NCBI GenBank assembly: GCA_018067115.1
Contig: JAGPVI010000314.1
Location: 1 to 40,016 of the forward strand
DNA length: 40,016 nucleotides
Origin: Bizionia sp.
GTDB taxonomy: Bacteria; Bacteroidota; Bacteroidia; Flavobacteriales; Flavobacteriaceae
Direction of reading: 5' to 3'
How positions within the stretch are numbered: position 1 is the stretch's first letter; each line of letters begins with the position of its first letter. Under the pieces are notes generated by a model. The model was given only the letters and a program-made list of their open reading frames with translations, was not told where the DNA came from and did not search any database. The position numbers and the translations under genes are program-made. Positions 1-9,099 of this stretch are shown here, piece after piece.

Positions 1-2
1 CA

Positions 3-332
3 CAGTTGGTTGGTAAAGGGCGCGCTATGGAGCTCGTAATGACTGCCGGAATGATAGATGCTAATACAGCTAGAGACTATGGTTTGGTAAATCACGTGGT
101 AGAATTAGAGGAGTTAATGCCGTTAGCAGAAAAGATTGCTAGTAAAATAATGAGAAATTCGTCTGTAGCAATAAGCAAAGCTATTACCGCTATAAACGCT
201 AATTATAAAGATGGTGTAAATGGGTATGAAACAGAAATTGAAGAGTTTGGAAATTGCTTTGGTACCGAAGATTTTAAAGAAGGAACAACAGCGTTTTTAG
301 AAAAAAGAAAAGCAGCGTTTCCTGGAAAATAG
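3..332 (+). CDS. Enoyl-CoA hydratase/isomerase (crotonase) family protein, 3' part (5' end outside window)
   Basis: QLVGKGRAMELVMTAGMIDA...YGLVNHVV...FGTEDFKEGTTAFLEKRKAAF is the typical crotonase C-terminal half. The frame is open to the window edge, so the TTG at 6 is not the true start. Confidence 0.9.
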   Translation, partial: QLVGKGRAMELVMTAGMIDANTARDYGLVNHVVELEELMPLAEKIASKIMRNSSVAISKAITAINANYKDGVNGYETEIEEFGNCFGTEDFKEGTTAFLEKRKAAFPGK

Positions 333-449
333 TAGCCTGAACTAAGAATAAGGAAATTGATTTCGTCCTGTTCTAAATTTAATAATGGAAGGACTAGGTT
401 TATTCAAGTGCTATGCGTAATATGTTTTTATTAGCTTGCCTAATTAGTA

Positions 450-490
450 TAACAAAAAAAAGACGACTTAATAAGTCGTCTTTTTTGTTA
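450..490. terminator. Bidirectional intrinsic terminator
   Basis: A-run + AGACGACTT / AAGTCGTCT stem + T-run, between convergent genes. Confidence 0.85.
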
Positions 491-1144
491 TTATTTTTTA
501 CCGTCCCATTCATCATAAAACTGATCTAAAAACAAGAGCATAAAATCGTGTCTTTTTTCAGCAATCTGCTTGCCAGATTTGGTATTCATTCTGTCTTTTA
601 AAAGCAATAGTTTTTCATAAAAATGATTGATTGTTGGCGCTTCAGAGTTTTTGTACTCTTCTTTTGTCATTTTTAGCTGAGGTTTAATTTCAGGATTAAA
701 AAGGGGTCTATTTTTAAATCCGCCATAATTAAAACAGCGTGCAATGCCTATAGCACCAATAGCATCAAGCCTGTCGGCGTCTTGTACAACATCCAACTCT
801 AATGACTTAAATTGCTGCGACGTATTACCGCCTTTAAAACTAATGTTTTCTATAATTTTAATAACATGCTCAATGACATGAGAGTCTGTATTCTCCTTAA
901 ATAAAAACTCTCGCGCTACTTTAGGGCCTACCGTTTCATCGCCGTTATGAAACTTACTATCGGCAATATCATGTAGTAATGCTCCAAGAGCAACCACTAA
1001 GGTGTCTACCTGTTCTTGTTTAGCAATAAGTAACGCGTTTTTGTAAACACGTTCTATATGAAACCAATCGTGACCGCCTTCGGCATCTTTAAGTTCTCGC
1101 TTTACAAATGCAATGGTATTGTTAATTAAAACCTGTTGAGACAT
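491..1144 (-). CDS. HD-domain metal-dependent phosphohydrolase (YedJ-like)
   Basis: GHDWFHIERV, ALLHDIAD and VQDADRLDAIGAIGIAR motifs, plus HFYEKLL. Confidence 0.9.
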   Translation of the reverse strand: MSQQVLINNTIAFVKRELKDAEGGHDWFHIERVYKNALLIAKQEQVDTLVVALGALLHDIADSKFHNGDETVGPKVAREFLFKENTDSHVIEHVIKIIENISFKGGNTSQQFKSLELDVVQDADRLDAIGAIGIARCFNYGGFKNRPLFNPEIKPQLKMTKEEYKNSEAPTINHFYEKLLLLKDRMNTKSGKQIAEKRHDFMLLFLDQFYDEWDGKK

Positions 1145-1146
1145 TT

Positions 1147-2133
1147 TTATAATTTAGCAGGTTCTACCCATTTAAATTGGTATGAGTTTTCAGGTATTTT
1201 TACGCGATCTGCTAAGCGTAGCATTCGTGTTGGTAACTTCATTAAATAATCTCTAGCTTTTTCAGCGTCTTCATTTAATCCTGTGATTTTATCTATTTCC
1301 CAACGTTTAATTAATTTGTCTAAAATCTCGACGTAGTCTAAAGATGTATACACCCCAATACGTTGTGCAGTATTCGAAAATTCTTCGAAAGCAGTACTAA
1401 TTTTATCACCAGACTCTCGTAAAAAGTGCGCTGGCATCGTAATTTTTTGCTTCATCATATATTGAAAAGCAAGCATCATCTGACTAGGGTCTACAGCAAA
1501 AATACGTTCTACAAATTCGCTATAAGCGTGGTGGTGTCTCATTTCATCTCCAGAAATAATCTTACACATTTTAGAAAGCTGTTTGTTGCCTTTGTCTTTA
1601 GCTAATTTCGCCACACGATTATGAGAAACGTAAGTAGCTAATTCTTGGAAACTTGTGTAGACAAAGTTTTTGTACGGGTCTCTATCTGTACCAATATCAA
1701 AACCATCAGCAATGAGGTGCTGTGTTGTTCTTTCAATTTCGCGCATATTTACACGACCAGAAAGGTAGAGGTATTTGTTTAAAACATCACCGTGTCTGTT
1801 TTCTTCAGCCGTCCAGTGTCTTACCCATTTCGACCAGCCATTTCGTTCTACTTGATTAACCCCTTCAACATCCATTAACCACGATTCGTAGGTTGGTAGT
1901 GCTTCTTCGGTAATCATATCTCCAACAAGAACGACCCAGAAATCGTATGGTAATTCTTTAGAGAGTTCTCTAATTTCTTTAACTTCTTCAAAAAAAGTAT
2001 CGCTTTCAGAATTTGGTAAAAAGTCTGAAGGTTGCCAAATGGTTTCAACAGGAATTAAATACTTCTGTATTAATGAGTCTACGTCTTTTTCCAAAAACTG
2101 CATCACTTCCAATCTTACATTTTTTAATGACAT
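1147..2133 (-). CDS. Soluble diiron acyl-ACP desaturase (plant stearoyl-ACP desaturase / mycobacterial DesA family)
   Basis: WQPSDFLP, GDMITEEALPTY, WTAEENRHGD, YTSFQELAT and DEMRH; the two (D/E)ExRH motifs are diiron ligands. Confidence 0.92.
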   Translation of the reverse strand: MSLKNVRLEVMQFLEKDVDSLIQKYLIPVETIWQPSDFLPNSESDTFFEEVKEIRELSKELPYDFWVVLVGDMITEEALPTYESWLMDVEGVNQVERNGWSKWVRHWTAEENRHGDVLNKYLYLSGRVNMREIERTTQHLIADGFDIGTDRDPYKNFVYTSFQELATYVSHNRVAKLAKDKGNKQLSKMCKIISGDEMRHHHAYSEFVERIFAVDPSQMMLAFQYMMKQKITMPAHFLRESGDKISTAFEEFSNTAQRIGVYTSLDYVEILDKLIKRWEIDKITGLNEDAEKARDYLMKLPTRMLRLADRVKIPENSYQFKWVEPAKL

Positions 2134-2145
2134 AACTTATAGTTT

Positions 2146-2880
2146 TTAATTAATAATGTGTTCTTTTATAACGTTTTCAACCTGTTCTAAAAGTTCGCGT
2201 TTTTCAAATTCGCTAGCTTTTAAAGGTTTGTGTACTGTAAAACTAATATGTGCGCCTATTCCCATTGGGAAATTACCATAACGTAATGTTTTCCATGAAT
2301 TATTAATAGTCATCGGAACAATTAAAGCGCTAGGCACGTATTTTATTAATGTTTCTAAACCTTTTGTCTGAAAACGCTTAGGGACTCCAGTTTTACTTCG
2401 TGTGCCTTCCGGGAAAATTACGGCCGCCCTTTTGGTATCTTCAATATAATCCGAAAAACGTCTTATTTCAACGATGGCTTGCCTAGGGTCTTTTCTGTCT
2501 ATTAACGCAGATCCGCCGTGTCTTAGATTATAAGATACGGAAGGAATCCCTTTTCCTAATTCTTTTTTACTTACAAATTTAACGTGGTGTTTTCTAAAAT
2601 ACCACATAATTGGCGAAATATCGTACATACTTTGATGATTAGATACGATAATAATGGGTAAATCTGTAGGTAGACTATAGTTATTATTAAACGTAAATCT
2701 AGTCCCTAAAAGATTAAGACAACGCATTAAACAAAACTGCAAAATATCGACAGTTTTTTTGTGCGCTTGGTAGCCAAAAACATTAAGGCACACCCACTGT
2801 ATGGGGTGAAATATCAATAACGTTAGCCCGAAAAAAAGGAAATAAATTACCGTTAACGGGTATGCTAATAACTTTCGCAT
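2146..2880 (-). CDS. plsC: Lysophospholipid / 1-acyl-sn-glycerol-3-phosphate acyltransferase family protein
   Basis: NHQSMYD (HxxxxD) and IFPEGTRS blocks, N-terminal hydrophobic segment. Confidence 0.85.
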   Translation of the reverse strand: MRKLLAYPLTVIYFLFFGLTLLIFHPIQWVCLNVFGYQAHKKTVDILQFCLMRCLNLLGTRFTFNNNYSLPTDLPIIIVSNHQSMYDISPIMWYFRKHHVKFVSKKELGKGIPSVSYNLRHGGSALIDRKDPRQAIVEIRRFSDYIEDTKRAAVIFPEGTRSKTGVPKRFQTKGLETLIKYVPSALIVPMTINNSWKTLRYGNFPMGIGAHISFTVHKPLKASEFEKRELLEQVENVIKEHIIN

Positions 2881-2931
2881 TAATTACAATTAGTTTTTAT
2901 TAAACAAAGTAACTATAAAAACGGCAGTATG

Positions 2932-2967
2932 CATAAAAAAACCACGACTAAATCGTGGTTTTTTATG
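2932..2967 (-). terminator. Intrinsic terminator downstream of the bacilliredoxin gene
   Basis: CATAAAAAAACCACGA-ctaaa-TCGTGGTTTTTTATG inverted repeat with A/T runs. Confidence 0.8.
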
Positions 2968-2996
2968 TTAAAATGTAATGCTTTAATTGTTTTCAA

Positions 2997-3407
2997 TTAG
3001 CATTGTGCGTTGTAAGCATCCATAAGGTTTGATGCAATTAATTCTGCTGGACGACCTTCAATATGATGGCGCTCTAACATATGTACTAATTCACCGTCTT
3101 TAAACAAAGCAATACAAGGAGAACTTGGAGGAAAAGGAACCATATGTTCTCTTGCCTTGTCAGTCGCTTCTTTATCTACTCCTGCAAATACAGTAACTAT
3201 ATTATCTGGACGTTTGTCGTTTTGCAAACTCATACTAGCACCAGGTCTAGCATTGGCAGCGGCACAACCACAAACAGAATTTACAACTACTAGAGTTGTT
3301 CCTTCTTTTGCTATGGCAGCATCGACATCGTTTGCTGTGTGTAATTCTTGAAAACCAACCTTAGTTAAGTCCTCACGCATTGGTTTTACTAATTCTGCTG
3401 GATACAT
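2997..3407 (-). CDS. BrxA/BrxB (YphP/YqiW) family bacilliredoxin
   Basis: VVNSVCGCAAANARP (CGC motif), VTVFAGVDKEAT, PPSSPCIALFKDG, ERHHIEG. Confidence 0.92.
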   Translation of the reverse strand: MYPAELVKPMREDLTKVGFQELHTANDVDAAIAKEGTTLVVVNSVCGCAAANARPGASMSLQNDKRPDNIVTVFAGVDKEATDKAREHMVPFPPSSPCIALFKDGELVHMLERHHIEGRPAELIASNLMDAYNAQC

Positions 3408-3443
3408 ATCTTTTAAATTTTATCTATTAATATTCTGTACGTA

Positions 3444-3451
3444 CAAAGTTA
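3444..3451 (-). promoter_or_regulatory. Bacteroidetes primary-sigma -7 element for the bacilliredoxin gene
   Basis: TAACTTTG on the minus strand (TAnnTTTG consensus), 36 nt upstream of the ATG. Confidence 0.55.
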
Positions 3452-3624
3452 ATCAAAAACTATGCAAAAACAGAAGTCTGCTTGTCAGATAACCGTTATG
3501 GTGCCATAAGGTCAGACTATCGTGTTACAGTATATCATAAGAATTTGAGAATACTGTACTATTTTAGTTAGTATATATCCTGAATAACGCCTTAAAAACT
3601 GTAAGAATAACAATTTACTATTAG

Positions 3625-3632
3625 TATATTTG
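3625..3632 (+). promoter_or_regulatory. Bacteroidetes primary-sigma -7 element for the djlA-like gene
   Basis: TATATTTG, 23 nt upstream of the ATG at 3656. Confidence 0.6.
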
Positions 3633-3655
3633 GCATTTAATTTTAAGAGTATAGA

Positions 3656-4438
3656 ATGAGTGGATTTAAGTGGATAGGTGCAACCATAGGTTGGGCTTTA
3701 GGAGGCCCAATTGGAGCGATAATAGGCTTGGCATTAGGAAGTGCTGGCGATGCGTTTTCATCGGGCAAATTTGGTTCTTTTTTAAATGAAGGAGATACTT
3801 CTGGGCGTAAAACAAGTTACGGTACCGGTGGTTATAGTACGCAGCAACGTCCGCAAACACATTCTGGAGATTTCGAGGTAAGCTTACTTATTTTAGCCTC
3901 TGTAGTTATAAAAGCCGATGGTATTTCAGATCCTCGCGAACTCGATTATGTGCGTAATCAATTTGTAAGTATGTACGGTAAAGAGCGTGCAAACAAAGCT
4001 TTTAGATTATATAAAGAAATAAGTAAACAAACCATTAATACGCGTCAAGTTTGTTTACAAATTCAACGCATGATGGATCATCCGTCGCGTCTACAATTGC
4101 TTCATTTCTTATTCAATATCGCAAAAGCCGATGGTATGGTTATCGACGAAGAAGAGCGTCAAATTGCCACCATTGCCGGCTATTTAAATATTAGTTCGCG
4201 CGATTATAACAGCATCAAAGCTATGTTTTATAACAGTAGCGATAATGCTTATAAAATTCTTGAAATTACTAAAGAGGCAACGGCAAACGAGATTAAGCAA
4301 GCCTACCGTAAAATGGTAAAGAAATACCACCCTGATAAAGTTGAGCATTTAGGCGAAGAGCATAAAAAAGGTGCCGAAGCTAAGTTTAAAGAAGTACAAA
4401 AAGCTTACGAGCAAATTCAAAAAGAACGCGGACTCTAA
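3656..4438 (+). CDS. djlA: DjlA-like co-chaperone (N-terminal Gly-rich TM, TerB-like domain, C-terminal J-domain)
   Basis: GWALGGPIGAIIG membrane segment; VIKADG and IAKADG TerB-like motifs; AYRKMVKKYHPDK J-domain with HPD. Confidence 0.88.
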   Translation: MSGFKWIGATIGWALGGPIGAIIGLALGSAGDAFSSGKFGSFLNEGDTSGRKTSYGTGGYSTQQRPQTHSGDFEVSLLILASVVIKADGISDPRELDYVRNQFVSMYGKERANKAFRLYKEISKQTINTRQVCLQIQRMMDHPSRLQLLHFLFNIAKADGMVIDEEERQIATIAGYLNISSRDYNSIKAMFYNSSDNAYKILEITKEATANEIKQAYRKMVKKYHPDKVEHLGEEHKKGAEAKFKEVQKAYEQIQKERGL

Positions 4439-4473
4439 TTCTTTATAAAGTATAATCAAATTATAGTTCAGTA

Positions 4474-4563
4474 GTTGGGCCTTACCCTAAAGGGTCGGGC
4501 TTTCCGTTGCAATCTTTTTAATCGTGCCTCATAAAAAGGATTTTCACATCAATCCCTAACGCA
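4474..4563. repeat. Structured intergenic element (probable Flavobacteriaceae dispersed REP-like repeat or small ncRNA)
   Basis: GC-rich patch in an AT-rich spacer with hairpins ACCCT/AGGGT and AATCTTTTTA/TAAAAAGGATT. It resembles, from memory, a multi-copy flavobacterial intergenic element; there is only one copy in this window. Confidence 0.55.
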
Positions 4564-4577
4564 AATTAAAGGGCGTA

Positions 4578-5738
4578 TTACCCTCTAAATAAAAAGAAGT
4601 CATCTTTCATATCTTCAATTTGCGCATCTTCGTTTGTAATAATATAATCGATTGCTTGGCTTGTAAATTCGTCACCCTTTTCAGTAAGGGAGACAATGTT
4701 TTTATCGATAACAATCATATTGTTTTTTAGTGCCAATTCTAATACCGTTTTAGCACGTACTTTTTGCCAATTAATATGCTCGCGTAAATGGTTAACGTGT
4801 CGTTCTCTTTTTTCGGAGTGGTTTTTTAAATGCAATAAAAAGGTAATTAAAGAGACTTCTATGCGTTGCTGCTTTTCTTTATACAATACGGCAATAACCC
4901 CTTTGCTTGGTGCAAATAAATACACCATTAAAAACAGTAAGCCTAGCATTGTTGTTATTGAGCCCGCAATAGAAGCATCGAGAGCGTGCGCCATCCAATA
5001 CCCAGCAATCGCGCTAAACACACCAAAAAGAATGGAAAGCAGTAGCATTTTCATTAAATTGGTGGTAAGCAAATAGGCTGTTGCCGCTGGTGCAATCATT
5101 AAGGCAACTACCAAAATAGCCCCAACAGCATCGAAAGCACCAACGGTGGTTACAGAAGCTACCGACATTAAACCGTAATGGATAATCACAGGCGAAAAAC
5201 CTAAGGAAGCCGATAATCCAGCATCGAAAGTACTTACTTTTAATTCTTTAAAAAAGGCAATTAATAAACCCACGGTTATAGTTAAAATAGTTCCAATAAC
5301 CCAAAGAGATTTCGGTCCAACGTCAGTCCCAGAAATAATTAAACGATCGAAAGGGGCAAAAGCTAATTCACCCAACAAAACGGCATCGACATCCAAATGC
5401 ACATCGTTTGCATTTTTAGCAATTAAAATAACACCAATACTAAACAGTGCGGGGAATACTAAACCAATGGCTGTATCCTCTTTTACAAGTCCGGTTTTCT
5501 GAATCTGTTCTACCATTACTACCGTGATAAGCCCTGTTACCGCAGCAAGTAAAATAAGTAGTGGCGAGTTGAGGTCTTGGGTAATAAAAAAACCAACCAC
5601 TAAACCTGGTAAAATAGCGTGACTAATGGCGTCGCTAATCATAGCCATTTTTCTAAGCACGAGAAATGTTCCCGGAATGGCACAAGCGATAGCAACAAGG
5701 CTGGCGATAAGTTGTATTTCTATTTGTGCGCTATTCAT
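4578..5738 (-). CDS. Mn/Zn/Fe ABC transporter permease (TroD-like) with cytoplasmic C-terminal extension
   Basis: FLVLRKMAMISDAISHAILPG, EDTAIG, FD, VGAILVVALMIAPAATA of the ABC-3 family; ~105-aa hydrophilic tail containing SLTEKG. Confidence 0.92.
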   Translation of the reverse strand: MNSAQIEIQLIASLVAIACAIPGTFLVLRKMAMISDAISHAILPGLVVGFFITQDLNSPLLILLAAVTGLITVVMVEQIQKTGLVKEDTAIGLVFPALFSIGVILIAKNANDVHLDVDAVLLGELAFAPFDRLIISGTDVGPKSLWVIGTILTITVGLLIAFFKELKVSTFDAGLSASLGFSPVIIHYGLMSVASVTTVGAFDAVGAILVVALMIAPAATAYLLTTNLMKMLLLSILFGVFSAIAGYWMAHALDASIAGSITTMLGLLFLMVYLFAPSKGVIAVLYKEKQQRIEVSLITFLLHLKNHSEKRERHVNHLREHINWQKVRAKTVLELALKNNMIVIDKNIVSLTEKGDEFTSQAIDYIITNEDAQIEDMKDDFFLFRG

Positions 5739-6852
5739 TACTCTGTTGATTGTATAAATTAGAGGCTGTTTTAAAACCTTCGTCGGTTAAACTCCACATA
5801 TTCCCTTCGAGTTCGACATAATTTTTTTTAACCAATTTTTGAAGTGTACCGCGCGTAAACCCTTGAAAATTATTCAATATTTTAATGGTATGCGGATGCG
5901 AAATATTATCGTGTGTTTTTGCAATATGATACATAAATGCTAATGTTTTATGTTGCTCTAAATCTCTTCGGTTTTTAATAAATCGCCATTGTCTAAATAA
6001 CAATCCGCGACTCGGGGAAAAAATAAAAGAAAACAAAACAAAAACCGACGCTACTAAAACAATTACTGGTCCCGTAGATAAGTTGTTTTGGCTAGCGCTA
6101 ATTGCTGTGCCAAACACGCCAGAAAGCGCTCCAATAATACTCGCCAAAATAACCATCGTGCTTAAACTATTGGTCCATTGTCTAGCCGCTGCTGCAGGCG
6201 CTAAAAGCATCGCGCTCATTAATACCACGCCAACCGTTTGTAAGCCTAAAACAATAGCTAAAACTATAAAAGAGGTGATTAATATATCGATTATTCTGGT
6301 GTTAAATCCTAACGTTTTTGTGTAATCGGGATCGAAAAGTAGCATTTTAAATTCTTTCCAAAAGAGTAAAATTACAAATAAGCATAGTCCCGTTACCGAA
6401 GCCATTAACCACACATCACTTTCCACTAAAGTGGCTGCTTGTCCAAATAAATACTTGTCTAATCCTGCTTGATTAGCGTTAGGTTGTTTTTGTATGAAGG
6501 TTAATAGTAACATTCCGAAGCCAAAAAATAACGATAAAATAAGACCTAAAGCGGTATCAGATTTTAAATGTGTCTTTGAGGTAATTCCTTTAATCCAAAA
6601 TGTACCAATTAAACCACTCACTAATGCACCTAATAATAGGGTGTTGGTATCTTTTGCGCCAGTAATTAAAAAAGCAATAGCAATACCGGGTAAGGCGGCA
6701 TGTGAAATAGCATCCCCTAAAAGACTTTGTTTTCTAAGAACAGCAAAACTACCGAGCATACCACAAACGGCACCTAAAATGGCGGTTCCCAATGTGATGG
6801 TTCTTAGTGTGTAATCTGAAAACACTAAAGAAAAATACTCGTTTAAATTCAT
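5731..6852 (-). CDS. Mn/Zn/Fe ABC transporter permease (TroC-like) with cytoplasmic C-terminal extension
   Basis: FAVLRKQSLLGDAISHAALPG, YLFGQAA, VGVVLMSAMLLAPAAAARQW; tail containing SLTDEG; 8-nt overlap with the next gene. Confidence 0.92.
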   Translation of the reverse strand: MNLNEYFSLVFSDYTLRTITLGTAILGAVCGMLGSFAVLRKQSLLGDAISHAALPGIAIAFLITGAKDTNTLLLGALVSGLIGTFWIKGITSKTHLKSDTALGLILSLFFGFGMLLLTFIQKQPNANQAGLDKYLFGQAATLVESDVWLMASVTGLCLFVILLFWKEFKMLLFDPDYTKTLGFNTRIIDILITSFIVLAIVLGLQTVGVVLMSAMLLAPAAAARQWTNSLSTMVILASIIGALSGVFGTAISASQNNLSTGPVIVLVASVFVLFSFIFSPSRGLLFRQWRFIKNRRDLEQHKTLAFMYHIAKTHDNISHPHTIKILNNFQGFTRGTLQKLVKKNYVELEGNMWSLTDEGFKTASNLYNQQSNE

Positions 6853-6862
6853 CTAATGTTAA

Positions 6863-7600
6863 TTATTCTTGAATACTAACTTTGTAGTTAATACCGTAGG
6901 TCTTTGTTAGGTTGTCGTCGTTAAAAATATCTTTTACGGGGCCGGTTGCAATCTTTTTCACGTTTAAGAATGTTACCCAGTCAAAATATTCGGGAACGGT
7001 TTGCAAATCGTGGTGCACTACAATAACGGTTTTTCCTGCCTTTCGTAATTCTTTTAAAATATTAATAATCGCAATTTCTGTGGTCGCATCGACCCCTTGA
7101 AACGGCTCGTCCATAAAATAAATTGAAGCGTTTTGTACCAAAGCGCGCGCCAAAAAAATACGCTGTTGTTGTCCGCCAGACAGCTGACTTATTTGTCGGC
7201 TTTTAAAAGCGAGCATGCCCACTTTTTCTAAAGCTTCTAAAGCGGCTTTTTTCTCTTTTTGTCGTGGGCGTTTTATCCACCCCAAGCTGCCATAGGTTCC
7301 CATCATAACCACATCCAAAGCAGTGGTTGGAAAATCCCAATCGACACTTCCTTTTTGTGGCACGTAGGCCACTAGCGAGCGTTGTTTTTTATAAGGTTTA
7401 CCATAAATAGTTACACTACCAGCGATAGGAGGTAAGATACCTAGAATAGCTTTTATAAGAGTCGATTTTCCGGCGCCATTAGGGCCAACAATAGCCATTA
7501 ATACACCCTCCGGAATTTCTAAATCGATATCCCATAGTACGGGTTTGTAGTTATAGGCTACCGTTAAATCGTCTACTTTTACTGCTATATTTTGTGCCAT
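6863..7600 (-). CDS. Metal ABC transporter ATP-binding protein (TroB/MntB-like)
   Basis: Walker [23 protein letters not shown] signature, Walker B FMDEPF, HHDL. Confidence 0.95.
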   Translation of the reverse strand: MAQNIAVKVDDLTVAYNYKPVLWDIDLEIPEGVLMAIVGPNGAGKSTLIKAILGILPPIAGSVTIYGKPYKKQRSLVAYVPQKGSVDWDFPTTALDVVMMGTYGSLGWIKRPRQKEKKAALEALEKVGMLAFKSRQISQLSGGQQQRIFLARALVQNASIYFMDEPFQGVDATTEIAIINILKELRKAGKTVIVVHHDLQTVPEYFDWVTFLNVKKIATGPVKDIFNDDNLTKTYGINYKVSIQE

Positions 7601-7623
7601 AATTTAAGAGATTTAGTTTCCGG

Positions 7624-8532
7624 TTATTTTAACGCGTTTACAATGGTATTTACATTGTACTCGAACATTCCAATGTACGTACCTTCTAAGGTTCCTTTAT
7701 TACCTAAAGCATCAGAATATAGTGTGCCTCCAATTTCTATATCGTGACCTTTAGAGTTTACAGCAGCTTGTAATGCTTCAATAGTGCGTTTTGGTACCGA
7801 GCTTTCAATAAAAATTGATTTTACTTCTTTTTCAATAATAAAAGCTGCCAGTTTTTGAACATCTTGAACACCAGCTTCGGTAGCTGTAGATAGTCCTTGC
7901 AATCCAACAACATCAAAATCGTAATTTTTTCCGAAGTAATTAAACGCATCGTGAGCAGTGACTAAAATACGTTTCTCTCTTGGCAATGTCGCGATTGTAG
8001 CTTTAATTTTAGAATCTAAAGCATCTAATTGTTCTAAGTATTTTACTTCGTTTTCTTTGTAGTTAGTAGCATTTTTAGGATCTTTTTCCGATAAAATGGT
8101 CGTCACTTTTTTAGCGAATAATTTAAAATAAGCGATATTAAACCATACGTGTGGATCGTAATTGGAAGCAAAATAATCAGATCCAATAAGTGTGCTTTTA
8201 TCGATGGCATCGGATAAAGCGATTGGTGTTTTCTGTGCGCTTTTCATTTTTTCAAAGACCTCTACGAGTTTACCTTCTAAATGTAATCCGTTATAAAAAA
8301 TGATATCAGTATTTACTAATTTTGTGACATCCCCTTCGCTAGCTTTGTATAAATGCGGGTCCACGCCACTTCCCATTAAACCCTCTATATTAATATGGTC
8401 GCCCCCAATATTTTGCACAAGATCGGTAATCATTGTAGTTGTTGTAACGATATTAAGCTTACCATTATCTGTTTTGCTGTCTTTGCAACTTAAGATTAGG
8501 GTGAATATAAGTAGTGTAATAATTTTTTTCAT
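7624..8532 (-). CDS. Metal ABC transporter substrate-binding lipoprotein (TroA/MntA-like)
   Basis: Lipobox ILSC; DPHLYK, YDPHVW, TAHDAFNYF and LYSDALG give a His/His/His/Asp ligand set as in TroA. Confidence 0.93.
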   Translation of the reverse strand: MKKIITLLIFTLILSCKDSKTDNGKLNIVTTTTMITDLVQNIGGDHINIEGLMGSGVDPHLYKASEGDVTKLVNTDIIFYNGLHLEGKLVEVFEKMKSAQKTPIALSDAIDKSTLIGSDYFASNYDPHVWFNIAYFKLFAKKVTTILSEKDPKNATNYKENEVKYLEQLDALDSKIKATIATLPREKRILVTAHDAFNYFGKNYDFDVVGLQGLSTATEAGVQDVQKLAAFIIEKEVKSIFIESSVPKRTIEALQAAVNSKGHDIEIGGTLYSDALGNKGTLEGTYIGMFEYNVNTIVNALK

Positions 8533-8615
8533 TTGTCTAAATAATTATTGCGAAGGTACTAAAAAATGAAATATGTTTAGAAATAACGCCACCTGATTAC
8601 TTAAAAGTAAACGCA

Positions 8616-9098
8616 TTACAAGTTTGAAATAATTTTTAGAAACTGTTTGGCATCCAAATATTGAAAATAGCGTGCTTTGGCTTCAAATTTTTCATCTAAA
8701 AATACAAGCGCCGGAAGAGAGAACTGTTTGTTTTTTTGTTGGGCCATTAATAGGGGAATTTGATGAATGGGATTGCGCCGTTTGGTACGCTCGTTAATAA
8801 ATACCTGGTTTCCAAATTGGATAGTATCTGTTGTTTCTACATTCATTTTAATTGCATAATACTTTGTATTGAGTTCTTTTATTATAGCTCTATTTGTAAA
8901 TACTTCTTTTTGCATTTTTAGACAAGGGGTGCACCAATCTGCATAAAAATCGATAAATACTTTTTTATGTTCATTTTGAAATGCTGTATTAAGCTGTTCG
9001 AAACTTAACCAATGTACAGCCTCTTCCGTTTGGGAAAAGGCTGTATTGGTAGTTACTAATAGAAAAATATAAATATTAACCAGTATTATAGATTTCAA
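8616..9098 (-). CDS. Exported thioredoxin-family protein (start revised to TTG at 9098)
   Basis: FIDFYADWCTPC active site and SLP cis-Pro loop. The TTG 1 nt after the receptor stop gives a clean signal peptide (MKSIILVNIYIFLLVTTNTAFS|Q) and removes a 119-nt overlap. Confidence 0.85.
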   Translation of the reverse strand: MKSIILVNIYIFLLVTTNTAFSQTEEAVHWLSFEQLNTAFQNEHKKVFIDFYADWCTPCLKMQKEVFTNRAIIKELNTKYYAIKMNVETTDTIQFGNQVFINERTKRRNPIHQIPLLMAQQKNKQFSLPALVFLDEKFEAKARYFQYLDAKQFLKIISNL

Positions 9099-9099
9099 G

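Noticed and set aside
413-529. Short plus-strand ORF starting MRNMFLLACLISIT
   Set aside because: It runs through the bidirectional terminator into the convergent HD gene; no support beyond a hydrophobic start
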